Assembly: GCF_004010195.1 (NCBI RefSeq)
Contig: NC_057733.1
Coordinates: forward strand, 44,024,403 to 44,088,402
Length of the DNA: 64,000 nt
Direction: 5' to 3'
DNA from: Chiloscyllium plagiosum
Lineage: Eukaryota
A program made the position numbers and the translations under genes. Of this stretch, positions 14,750-26,329 are shown one piece after another; positions within the stretch are counted from its first letter, which is position 1; each line of letters starts with the position of its first letter. Under the pieces are notes generated by a model. The model saw nothing but the letters and a program-made list of their open reading frames with translations, was not told the DNA's origin and made no database searches.

Positions 14750-14767
14750 ACACACACACACACACAC
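14750..14767. repeat. (AC)9 microsatellite at the start of SYNGR2 intron 1
   Basis: Read directly from the sequence. Confidence 0.9.
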
Positions 14768-14786
14768 CCCCGCATGTCCAACTCAC

Positions 14787-14885
14787 CCAGCTCACTACCC
14801 GGGTGATAGTCTGAGGCTGCTTCAGAAAGTTCTCTAAGTCAAACGCTCCTCCTGCTTTAGCTGCGCCATAGACGTTTCCTTCCAT
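14787..14885 (-). CDS. SYNGR2: Synaptogyrin-2, coding exon 1 (MEGNVYGAAKAGGAFDLENFLKQPQTITRVVSW)
   Basis: ATG at 14885-14883, 33 codons, then donor GTGAGT (14786-14781), phase 0. The peptide matches the synaptogyrin N-terminus (YGAAKAGG.FD...FL.QPQ). The paralog call rests on YGAAKAGG and on neighbouring genes that are on human 17q25. Confidence 0.92.
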
Positions 14886-15639
14886 CTCGATACTGTAAGG
14901 AGAGGGGAAAAAAAAGTAGCTTACTTGCTTTCCCCCCCCCCGTTACGTTCGTTTCTTTTTAAGGGGAGAAACTGGTACCTCGTTGTGAAGAGGAGTGCGG
15001 TGCGTGTATAAGCAGTTCCCGGATCACACTGAAAACTTCCCAAGACACGTCAGTACGTTGAGAGAGAGAAAGGGGGTTGGATCATCATGTGATAGCACCT
15101 GAACAGTCAATAACAAGAAGGCTGGGCTGACCATAACCAGGAGAAGTTGCAGAGAATATCGTCAATATGGTCTAACGTTGAACCTCATTTCAAATACTAA
15201 TTTCCTTGCATTTAATATGTATAGTGATAGATTTTTTTGTATCTTTACACATCTCTTGCTAAACCTAATTGACGTTGATTTTCCCATGTTTTGCTTCAAA
15301 TTCTCAAATATTTTGACCAGTTTTGTGTTTGAAACGCCCCACTGTTTCCTCACGTCTTTTTTTTTATTCGTTCATAGGACGTGGGCATCGCTGGCTGGGC
15401 CAGCATTTATTTCTTGTTCCTAGTTGCGCTTCAAAAAATGCCTTCTTGAAACACGGCAGTCCATGTGCTGTAGGTAAACACACAATGCTGTTAAAAAGGA
15501 AATACCAGGATTTTGACCCACCGACGCTGAAGGAACATTGTTGCATTTCTAAGTCAGGACGGTGAGTGTCTTCAATAGGCAACCTGCAGGAAGTTATAAG
15601 GCCATAAGAAATAGGAGCAGGAGTAGACCATTCAACCCT

Positions 15640-16505
15640 TGGACATTGGTTAGGCCACTGTTGGAATATTGTGTGCAATTCTAGTCTCCTCCCTGTCAGA
15701 AGGATGTTGTGAAACTTGAAAGGTTTTAGAAAAGATTAGATTACTTACAGTGTGGAAACAGGCCCTTCGGCCCAACAAGTCCACACCGCCCCGCCGAAGT
15801 GCAACCCACCCATACCCCTACATTTACCCCTTTACCTAACACTACGGGCAATTTAGCATGGCCAATTCACCTAACCTGCACATTTTTGGACTGTGGGAGG
15901 AAACCGGATCACCCGGAAGAAACCCACGCAGACACGGGGAGAATGTGCAAACTCCACACTGAGTCGCCTGAGTCGGGAATTGAACCCGGGTCTCTGGTGC
16001 TGTGAGGTAGCAGTGCGAGCCACTGTGCCACCCATAATCTGCAAGGATGTTGGATGGATTTGAGCTACAGGGAGAAGCTGAATAGGCTGGGGCTGTTTTC
16101 CCTGGAACGTCAGAGGCTGAGGGGTGACCTTATAGAGGTTTATAAAATCATGACTGGAATGGAGAGGATAAATAGACAAGGCCTTTTCCACAGGGTGAGG
16201 AAGTCCAGAAATGGAGGGCATAGGTTTAGGGTGAGAGGGGAAAGATATAAAAGGGACCTAATGGGCAACTTTTTCACACAGAGGGTGGTGAGTGTATGGA
16301 ATGAGCTGCCAGAGGAAATGGTGGAGGCTGGTACAGTTACAGCATTTAAAAGGCATTTGCATGGTTATATGAATAGGAAAGGTTTAGAGGGATACGGGCC
16401 AAGTTCTGGCAAATGGGACTAGAATAGGTTAGGATATCTGGTCAGCAAGGATGAGTTGGACCGAACAGTCTGTTTCCGTGCTGTACACCTCTGACTCTGT
16501 GACTG
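15640..16505 (+). mobile_element. CR1 3' portion interrupted by a SINE
   Basis: [22 protein letters not shown]...FFTQRVVSVWNELP. Confidence 0.88.
15736..16033 (-). mobile_element. tRNA-derived shark SINE (HE1-like)
   Basis: The minus strand has an A-box-like GGTGGCACAGTGG, a B-box GGGTTCAATTCCC and a (AATCT)n tail. Related copies at 26460-26812, 33088-33300, 38763-39080 and 54592-54908. Confidence 0.82.
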
Positions 16506-16509
16506 CTAC

Positions 16510-17880
16510 GCTGCTTAATAAGATCGTGGCTGACCTGACAGTCCTTGTGTCTACTTTCCTGCCCTTTTCCTGTAACCCTTATACCCCGACTGTTCAAGAA
16601 TCTATCTCAGCCCTAGATAAACAAAATGACTCTGAATCCTACAGCCTTGTGTGACAAGGAGTTCTAAACTCTCTCAATTCTCTAAGTGAGAAATTCATCC
16701 TTATCTCTTAAACTGGTGCCCCTTTTTTCTGAGTCCTTGATCCTAGACTCTCCCATGTGAGAAACCGTCCTCTCAGCATTTACCCTGTCAAGCCCCTTAA
16801 GAACCTTATGTTTGAATGAGATCACCTCTCATTCTTCTAAATTCCAGTGAACAGAGCCCCAACCTGTTCAACCTCTGCTCATAGCAGAGTCCCTCCATAC
16901 TAGGGATCTTCCTAGTGAACCACTGAAATAATATCTTTCCTTAAATAAGGGGACCAAACTGCCCTCAGCAGTCCCGATGTGGACTTACCAGCACCTATAC
17001 AATTGCAGAAAGACTTCCCTACTCTTATACTCCAACTCCCTTGAAATAAGGGCCAACATTCCATTAGTCTTCCTGATTACCTGCTGCACCTGTATGCTAG
17101 CTTTCTGTGCTTTGTGCACACGTACCCCCAAGTCCATTTGAGCCACGGCTTTCTGCAGTTTTTCTCCATTTAAATAATACTGTTCTTTTGTTCCAAAATG
17201 AACAACTTCATGTTTTCCCACTTTACAATTTACCAACTGCTAAGCCCACTTACCTAAGCTATCAATAACTCTCCAGAAACTGTATCCCTCTCACAACTTG
17301 CCTTTCCATCGATTTCTGTGTCATATGCAAATTTGGCTACAGTATATTCACTCCTTCCTCCAAGTCTTCCATATATATTGTAAACAGTTGTGGTCCCAGC
17401 ACTGATCACTGTGAACCTCCACTGGTTACAGTCACTAACCTGAAACCCTTTACCCCCACTAGCTGTTTCTTGCCCATTAGACAATTCTCTGGCCATACCA
17501 ACATACTACCTCCAACACCATGGTCTCTTATGACTTTATCTTTTGTGAGGTTGTTGAACACCTTCTAGGAGTCCAAATACAACACATCTACAGATTCGTC
17601 TCTATCCATTCTGCTTGAGGCTTCCTCAGAAATCTCTAATAAATGAGTCAGACACTATTTTCCTTTCGTGAAGCCATGCTGACTCTGCTTTATTAGATTA
17701 TGATTTTCCAAACGTGCTGTTACTACTGCCTTAGTAACTGATGAATACTTTTTTAGTAATAGTTAATTGGCCTATAGTTAACCTTTTTTTTTCTCTGTCC
17801 CTTTTGGAACAGGATGAAAAATTGGCTGTTTTCCAATTTCATCTGTTGGTACTTCTCCAGAATCCAAAGTATTTTTGGAC
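16510..17880 (-). mobile_element. CR1 LINE, degraded
   Basis: AKFAYDTEI, EVVHFG, DLGVRVH. Confidence 0.8.
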
Positions 17881-17889
17881 AAATTCGTT

Positions 17890-18660
17890 TTTGGTAGTAG
17901 TGTTCCCATTTATCTGCTTTGTCCTTTTAGATGGTCATAGTCTAGTGTTTGGAAGGTGCTCTCTAAGGATCTTTGGTGAATTTCCACCATACGTCAGGTA
18001 GATGATACACACTGCTGCTACTGAGTCTTGGCAGTGGAGGAAGTGGGTGTTTGTGGATGTGGTACCAATCAAGCGTACTGCTTTGCTTTGATTGTGTTAA
18101 GCCTCTGAGGTATTGTTGGGGCTGCACACAAGAGCTCCTGAATTGTACTTTGTTGATAGTGGATAGGCTTTATGGAGTCAGGAGGAGAGTTATCTCTGAG
18201 CTGCTCTTGTTGCCATTAATATGGCTAGTCCAGTTCAGTTTCTGGTCAATGATATCTCCAGGAATGTGATATTGGGGGATTCAGTGATGGTAATGCCATT
18301 GAATATCAAGGGGTGATATTTGTCTCTTATTAGAGATGATTATTGTCCAGCATTTGTGTGGCATGAATATTATTTGTGACTTGTTAGACGAAGCCTGAAT
18401 ATTGTCCAGATCTTGTTGCATTTGAACATGGTCTGGTTCAGTATCTGAGGAGATGAGAATGATGCTGAACATGGTGCAGTCATTGGTGAACATCCCTACA
18501 TCTGACCTTCTGATGGAGGGAAGATCATTGATAAAGCAGCTGAAGATAATTGAGCCTAGGACAGTACGATGAAGAATTCCTGCAAAAATGTCCTGGAGCT
18601 GAGATGACTGACCTCCAATAACCACAACCATCTTCCTATGTGTCAGGTATGACTACAACC
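17890..18660 (-). mobile_element. Second CR1-group LINE family, degraded (related pieces at 15355-15590, 23340-23665, 24331-25430, 46950-47290)
   Basis: VLGSIIFSCFINDLP...MFTNDCT...MQQDLDNIQ RT motifs. Confidence 0.75.
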
Positions 18661-19029
18661 TGTGTAATCTTATTTCCTATTGTTCCCACTGCCTCGCATG
18701 CTGTTAAATTTCTGTAGATTTTTATAATGCTTATTATGTTCTCACTTGCTGCGATTTGGCTGTGACGGAGTGGATAAACAGGTAAGAAAGGAGGATGGTG
18801 GTGAAGCATTGGCAGACTTTTAAGGAGCCATTTTCTATCCCTCAACAATGATGGATATTACTGAGAAAGAATATATGAGAAGGATGCGCCATCAGTTCTT
18901 AACGAAGGAAGATTTATTGACTGAATTTAAATTCCACCATCTGTCATGGTGGGATTTAAACCCACATCCACAGAGCATTACCCTAGGCCTCTGGATAACT
19001 GGATCCACTATCATTGCTACTACAGTATG

Positions 19030-19775
19030 AGCAAGGTAGCCATTGAGAGGATGTTTCCTTTCATTGGGAATTTAGAACTTGGGCACTGTTTAAAAATAAG
19101 CGTTTCCTATTCAGGATGGAGATGAAGAGGAATTTCTCTTCCAAATGTGTCCTTATTCGATGTACTTCTTATCCCCAGCAAACAATGGAGACTGGGCCTT
19201 GGGTATGTTCAGGCCAAATTAGGCAGAGTTTTGATTGACAGGGCATTCCAGTGTGATGGTGGCAAGCATTAAAGTCTATCAGGAATTGATCTCGTGTAAG
19301 GTGTGACAGGCTCAAAGAGAATGGCCTCTTATGTTCCTATTTCTTATGGATTACTTTCAAAGGTTGGAATTTTTTTTTAAAATGCTTTCTTTATGCAAAT
19401 AAAAATTCCATTGTTTATTCCACATTATAGTTTGGCTGCCTTTCTCCTCACTTCCTTATCTCGGCAGAAACAGGGATACTAGGACCCGTGGGCCCATCCT
19501 TAGAATTAGAGGGGGTCAATTTAGAAGGGAAATGAGGAGACACTTCTTCAGCCAGTGAGCGGTGGCCTGTGGAATGCATTGCCACGGAGCGCAGTGAGGC
19601 TGGGACGTTAAATGTCTTCAAGGCAGAGATTGATAAATTCTTGATCTCGCAAGGAATTAAGGGCTATGGGGAGAGTGTAGGTAAGTGGAGTCGAAATGCC
19701 CATCAGCCATGATTAAATGGTGGAGTGGACTCGATGGGTCAAATGGCCTTCCTTTCACTCCTATGTCTTATGGTC
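19030..19775 (+). mobile_element. Two CR1 3' fragments
   Basis: CR1 C-terminal segments and (TCTTATGG)-type tails. Confidence 0.7.
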
Positions 19776-19905
19776 TTCACAAGCGTAGAAATAGTTTATT
19801 AGCTGCTTTAAAAAGAGGAACAAAAGCTCAATAAAAACACAACAGAAGGCTAAAGACATTGACAGAACCATAAGATCCACAATATAAGTGGTAATTTGGC
19901 TCTTT

Positions 19906-20036
19906 ATTCCTGATAAAGAGCTTATGCTTGAAATGTCGATTCTCCTGCTCCCTGGATGCTGCCTGACCTGCTGTCCTTTTCCAGCGCCACACTCTCGACT
20001 CTGATCTCCAGCATCTGCAGTCCTCACTTTCTCCTA
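19906..20036 (+). mobile_element. Penelope-terminal-repeat mini-insertion with a decayed hammerhead
   Basis: TSD GGCTCTTT at 19898-19905 and 20037-20044. Same family as 22247 and 44590. Confidence 0.8.
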
Positions 20037-21169
20037 GGCTCTTTGTTCCTGTCAGTTCCTCAAAAGAACTAATATATTTGTGTGTGTATTTATAAATAAA
20101 TTCTCCACTTCTCTTTTGAAAGCGGCTTTCTAGCAGTACACTCTAGATTACATAAACTGATCGCATTAAATAATCCTGCTCTCCTCAATTCATTTTGCCA
20201 ATTACCTGAAATCTATTTCCTCTTAATTTTGGAACTGATCCACAGTAGAAACTGTTTCTCTGTATCCACTCCACCAAAATCCCACATAATAACACCGCTA
20301 TTAGTCTCCTCCTTTATCCAAAGCAACCACAATGATGCATGGTGGTTGAAGCAACATTTAGACAATACTTTTCAGAAATGCTTTTAGTTTTAATGAATTA
20401 ACACCTATTCACAGGCTTTTTGAGCAAAGAAAGCGCCAGACATCTCAAAGCCTGAACAAGATACAATGAAAGCTGAATGGTCCTGTTTACATCCCAACTC
20501 TCAATTGTCAATTCAGGGAATGAAATGTAAATATTGAGGATAATGCAGATCATGTTCAAGGTTTGAATTGATTGTTTTAATTTGCTTCAGGCATCTGGTT
20601 AAAATCTTGTTATTTCTACATGTCATATTGTGGATCATTATGACTCTCCTCCCCAGTGAATATTTAAATGTACCATATTTAACTAATGGTGAGCTTTGGA
20701 AAATTGTGTGATATAGTATAGTTTGAAATAAATCAAAATATTTCTAGTCTTTTCTTCCATGGGCGGAAGTGTTATAGCATTTTCCCCGCTTTGTTAAAAT
20801 TCTCGATCAATGTATCCCAGGAAAGAGATACATCAATCTTCCTGGGAAGATTGCCCAATTTTAAATATTGACTGATCTCTATGTTACACAAAGTGCTCCA
20901 AGAAGTCACATGTGACTTAAGGCAATAAATGTCTGAATGGGTCAGATAATATGCTTAAAATTGATCTATTATATGTCTTATATACTTGTGATAAATGAAG
21001 ATATACCTGAAAATGTTTAAGAACTAATTTTCACATTTCAGTTTGGAAAAATAAGAATGATGCATGATCTTCCTCATGCCCACCTGCATATATTTCTTTC
21101 TTGAGCAAGGAGGATAGCTAAACTGACGGTGTATACCTGCAAAGACACCATCATAACATCATATAATAC

Positions 21170-22412
21170 TTATAGAATTATACAGCACGGAAACAGACCC
21201 TTCGGTCCAACTTGTTCGTGTCTACCAGACATTTTAATCTGACATGGACCCATTTGCCTGCATTTGGCCCATATCCCTCTAAATCCTTCCTACTCACATA
21301 CCCATCCAGATGCCTTTTAAATGTTGTAATTGTACCCACCTCCACCAATTCCCCTGGCAGCTTGTTCCATATACACACCACCCTCTGCATGAAACATTTA
21401 CCCCTCAGGTCCTTTTTAAATCTTTCCCCTTTCGCCTTAAATTGCAATACACCAATACATACCTTTTTAATTGATACATAAAATTCCTAAGAGATGCAAC
21501 ATTTGTATGGATAGCTTTGGTTAAGCACTGTGCTCCTGAGTAATACAGAATGGTTCTTGCCTATCTATGGAAGGATATATTTGATTACAATCTCAGTCTG
21601 GATCAATGCTAGCACTTACACTTCTAAGTAAGCCACAGTTAAAGTACCACTTGCACAATTTGAAGAGGTAAATTCTTGCTGATACTTTAGTGCAATATGA
21701 GGAAATGCTATATTGCTGGAAGTTCACTTCTCGGAGAGATGTTTTAGGTTAGAGAGAGACGTAGGTAAGCTGCAAAGCTGGCAAATGGAGTTTAATGCGG
21801 ACAAGTGTGAGGTGATTCACCTTGGTCGGAGTAACCGGAATGCAAAGTACTGAGCTAATGGTAAGATTCTTGGTAGTGTAGATGAGCAGAGAGACCTCGG
21901 TGTCCAGGTACACAGATCCTTAAAAGTTGCGACCCAGGTTGACAGGGTTGTTAAGAAGGCATACAGTGTTTTAGCTTTTATTAATAGAGGGATNNNNNNN
22001 NNNNNNNNNNNNNNNNNNNNNNNNNNNNNNNNNNNNNNNNNNNNNNNNNNNNNNNNNNNNNNNNATTGAAGGGTGATAGATATAGGACAGATGTCAGAGG
22101 TAGTTTCTTTACTCAGAGAGTAGTAAGGGTATGGAATGCTTTGCCTGTAATGGTAGTAGATTCGCCAACTTTAAGTACATTTAAGTTGTCATTGGACAAG
22201 CATATGGACGTACATGGAATAGTGTAGGTTAGATGGGCTTCAGATTCCTGAAGAAGGGCTTATGCCCGAAACGTCGATTCTCCTGTTCCTTGGATGCTGC
22301 CTGACCTGCTGTGCTTTTCCAGCAACACATTTTCAGTTCAGATTGGTATGACAGGTTTGCGTAATATCAAAGGCCAAAGGGCCTGTATGCGCTGTAATGT
22401 TCTATGTTCTAT
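21170..22412. mobile_element. CR1 fragments: minus 21170-21440, plus 21745-22412 (N-gap 21994-22064)
   Basis: QRVVCIWNKLP and KCEVIHLG motifs, with tails. Confidence 0.8.
22247..22336 (+). mobile_element. 90-bp Penelope-terminal-repeat mini-insertion beginning with a hammerhead motif
   Basis: TSD TTCAGATT at 22239-22246 and 22337-22344. Starts CCTGAAGA-AGGGC-TTAT-GCCC-GAAACGTC. Inserted into a CR1 3' end. Confidence 0.85.
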
Positions 22413-23665
22413 AGACGTCATGCTAAGATTACACCTCCCTGTGCAAGAGTACATAAAATCTCTCATGATATATTTAAAGAACTGCAGGGAGGTTATCCTG
22501 GCCAACATTCATATCTCCTCAAAAACAGATTACCTGGGGTGTTCTTTTGTTGTTTGTGAAACCCTGCAAACTACTTACCAAATATTTTTGAACATAAATA
22601 TAATAACTTTATTAATAAATAATTGGCCACGAAATACGAAGATGTGAGAGGTATTTTACAAATATATATACTTTCTTTCCTAAGGTTGCAGTTAGCCAGA
22701 GAAGGGCAGGTACATCTCAATAAGGACCTACCTCAGTCTAGCCAGACCATGCAGTTCATTTATTTATAGATGCTGAATGTAACTACCATCACACTCCTTT
22801 TAAATCCCTTTCACTATGTATTTTACTGTAACCAAAATAACTGCATGTGCTCATAATACTGCATAAGTGATTTCATCGCTTTTTTTTATCACTTTCTTCA
22901 TTTCCGTTGCATAGATTTCCTTATACACAGAGGCAGTTCATATTTCTGACCATCAATGTAAAGTAAGGTCACTATTGTTTTGTACGCAAATGGTAACTTA
23001 CATTTTAGTTTCAGATGCTGATCTGCTAGTTATGTCTCCAACCTTTTCTTTTGAACCATATTCATACCAGCATGCAGAGACCTGAATTTTGGGACAGCAG
23101 ACTTTGAGCTCGTGGGCTGCACTTTAAAAATATGATTGCAAATCACAAACTTGACAACCTCAGTTTTCTTTGAATCTGCTTTAATACTGTTTAAATATGG
23201 TAGCCATTTCACTGACAATGCCCTGTGCCAGTATAAAAGCAATAGCGTAATTCTCCTGAAATCGCCTAGTGCTTTTGAATTTCTTTGAACAATATTCCAT
23301 TTCCCTGAATGATCTGTTCCACGTTTAACTCTGTTATTAACCTTTTTTTTTAAATCATTCGTGACACATTGATGTTGCAGGCAAGGCCTGTATTTATTGT
23401 CCGTCCATAGATGCTCTTGAGAAGGTCGTGGTGACCTGCTTTCTTGAGCTGCAGTTTGATGCATAGGTACCCTCACAATGTTGTTAGGGAGACAGTTCCA
23501 CGATTTTGCGAAGAAATGGTGACATACTTTCAAGTCAAGATGGTGTGTGGCTTGAAGAGGAACTTGCAGCTCGTGGACTTCCCATACATCAGCTGCCCTT
23601 GACCGTCTAGATGCTGGTTGGCATAGGGGGTGGAATGTGCTGTCTAAGGAGCCTTGATAAATTTC

Positions 23666-24321
23666 TGATGTTGTTTTATAAATTCTCAAGGATCGGGTTC
23701 GCAGGAGAGTAGTCTGACACAGACCAGGAGAAAAGAACTAAGAGACGAGTCTGCTAGAATATAAGTATTTTATTCCCCGCAGTGTCACCTCAACCAGGTC
23801 TCGTACCTACAACGGGTCTGGTTTATACTCACTCTACGTGTTACCGGAACTGGGAGCCGTCAGTTCTCGTAGAGCGGTTGCCAACAACCCACGCTCGGCG
23901 GTTAAACGTAACCCGGAGCAGACTCTACCGAACTGGGGACTTTCCCAGCTTATATACTCTTTCGAGATCTAAACATTCATGCGAACAACAGGGCAAGACT
24001 AAGCAACACCTTCCATTCCGGTAACATATTCATGCGAACAACAGGGCAAGACTAAGCAACACCTTCCATTCCGGTAACATATTCATGCGAACAACAGGGC
24101 AAGACTAAGCAACACCTTCCATTCCGGTAACATATTCATGCGAACAACAGGGCAAGACTAAGCAACACCTTCCATTCCGGTAACATATTCATGCGAACAA
24201 CAGGGCAAGACTAAGCAACACCTTCCATTCCGGTAACATATTCATGCGAACAACAGGGCAAGACTAAGCAACACCTTCCATTCCGGTAACATATTCATGC
24301 GAACAACAGGGCAAGACTTCA
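23666..24321 (-). mobile_element. Solo LTR-like element (U3 tandem repeats - TATA - R - AATAAA - U5)
   Basis: On the minus strand it runs TGAAG...CATCA. TATATAA near 23950-23956, AATAAA near 23769-23774, CpG-rich. It interrupts an older LINE. No direct TSD was found. Confidence 0.68.
23975..24318. repeat. Perfect 53-bp tandem repeat, about 6.4 copies
   Basis: Unit CATGCGAACAACAGGGCAAGACTAAGCAACACCTTCCATTCCGGTAACATATT starts at 23978, 24031, 24084, 24137, 24190, 24243 and 24296 (partial). Confidence 0.97.
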
Positions 24322-26329
24322 GAAAGCTCATTCAGTTGAGTTTCTGGTGAATAGTAATATCTAGGATTTTGATAATGGGAGTTTTAGTAATGGTAATATA
24401 ATTGAATATCAAGGTGCAATAATGAGATTATCTCTTGTTGGAGATGGTAAGTGTCGGATAATTGAATGGCCTGAATGTTACTTGCCCCTTGTCAGCCTAA
24501 GCTTGGGCATTGTCCAGGTCTTGCTGCATTTGACCATGGACTATTTCAGTATTTGAAGAGTTATGAGTGCTGCTGAAAATGTATGTAATTATCAATGAAT
24601 ATTTTCACTTCTGACCTTATGAAAGAGGTAAAGTCATTGATTAAGCAACTAAAGATAGTTGGGCCTAGGACACTACCTGCAGAGATGTCCTGGAACTAAG
24701 ATGACTGACTCCAACAACCACAACAATCTGATATTGTGTTTGGAATGATTCTGATGAGCAGAAAATTTACTCCTTGATTCCTATTTACTCTAGTTTTGCC
24801 AGGCCTCCTTGCTGGGTCAAATGTGGCTTGATGTCAAGGGCAGTCACTTTCATGTTACATTTGGAATATAGTTCTTTTGTTCATGTGTGAACTGAGGTTG
24901 TGATGAGCTCAGGGATTTGGTGGCCCTGACAGAACCCAAATTGTGTATCAGTAAACAAGTTATTGTAAAGCAAGTAACTGTTGATAACCCATTCCATTAC
25001 TTCACTGATGGTCAAGTGTGCACCAATGGGTCAGTAATTGTCCTGGTTGAATGTGACTTGCTTTTCATGTCTATAACAAAACTGGACAATTTTTCAAATT
25101 TCTGGGTTGACGCTAATGTTGTCACTGTTATTGAACTAATTAGCGAGGGTGCAGCAACTTCTGGAGCGCAAGTTTTCAGTACTTTCATTGGAATGCTGTA
25201 GCCAGTGTCCAGTGCCTTCAGCCCTTATATAACAACATTTGGAGTGAACTGGATCTTTGATTCTGGGGACATCCGAGGAGGCAGAGATGGATCATTCAAT
25301 TGGCCCTTCTTGTACCAAGTAGATTCCTACAAATTTGCATTGATGTGCTGGGTTCTGTCATCATTGAGGATGGGGATATTTGTGGACCCTCCTCCTCCAA
25401 TGAGTTGTTTAATTGCCCACCATCAATCACATTTATTCACATTCATAATTTATAAATAGTACAAAGCACTAAAACCATTTCACCTTCCATTTAAGAAAAG
25501 TTTCAATGAACACATGACTTAAATTAACCTTAAATCAATTTATTATCCAGTTAAAAACATCTTCTTTGTCCTAAATAAAGCGTCTATTGAGGCACCTCAT
25601 CAAGTTCTTTCTGAAAGGCAGAATATATGTCATTCACCAATGTCGTACCCTGAAATAATTTTGTTAAATATGACTCTCCCTTTATATGACTCCCGATTAT
25701 GACTTGGAACAATTTCCTTACTGTCATTAACTGTGCTTGAATTGCTTCCTTCATAACATTCTTTTAACATCCTACATGAAGCATATTTAATTTGCATTCA
25801 AGGGCTGTAATGGTGTTCCATTTTTGTTTGATTCTCCTCACTTGGATTTATTTCCTCCAAAAGGGCTCATTAAACTCATCTTTCATTCCTAATCAAATGA
25901 CTGTATCAAAACTGACCACCTAATCACTAACACTCAGATGTACTCCTGCACATCTGGAATATTTTTACAATTCAAGACTAACATCAAATACCATATCATA
26001 TCTGACAACATTCTTTTTATGCACATTTAATAAAGACGCTGCCCTGCATTAGCCCCTGACCTTTTTTTCTGATTTACCATGAAGGATAGCTTTGGCATAG
26101 GTGGCACCATTTCTAGCCAATCTGGTTCTTGAACTGTACATCCTCCATAAACCAGGACACACAAACTGACCGTATTCCTATGTAAAATATGAGACTTCTG
26201 TCTTCCCACCACATGTGAAAGCAGAAGAGATTCATATAAGACATTATTCTAGTAAATGATCCAGTGGAAGAATGGAATTTTAATTTGCTTTGCTTTTGAC
26301 ATTTCTCACTATAAAATTTATTGAGACCA

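Larger units (their letters stand above)
14430..15070 (-). promoter_or_regulatory. CpG-enriched SYNGR2 promoter and first-exon region
   Basis: Local CpG enrichment around coding exon 1, with a CRE/ATF-like TGACGTGT on the minus strand near 15045-15052. Confidence 0.55.

Noticed and set aside
15975-16033. tRNA genes (also near 54840-54905 and 58010-58075)
   Set aside because: The A/B boxes belong to SINE heads. There is no complete cloverleaf.
22732-22825. Minus-strand exon-like unit with a strong GTAGGT donor as a coding exon
   Set aside because: Stop codons in all three frames. At most a non-coding exon, and unsupported.
23030-23689. 219-aa minus-strand ORF as a gene
   Set aside because: Half of it lies in a decayed LINE 3' region. 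It has no recognisable domain and a non-ATG start.
23975-24318. 53-bp array as a CRISPR array
   Set aside because: The units are identical end to end with no unique spacers, there are no cas genes, and the context is eukaryotic.
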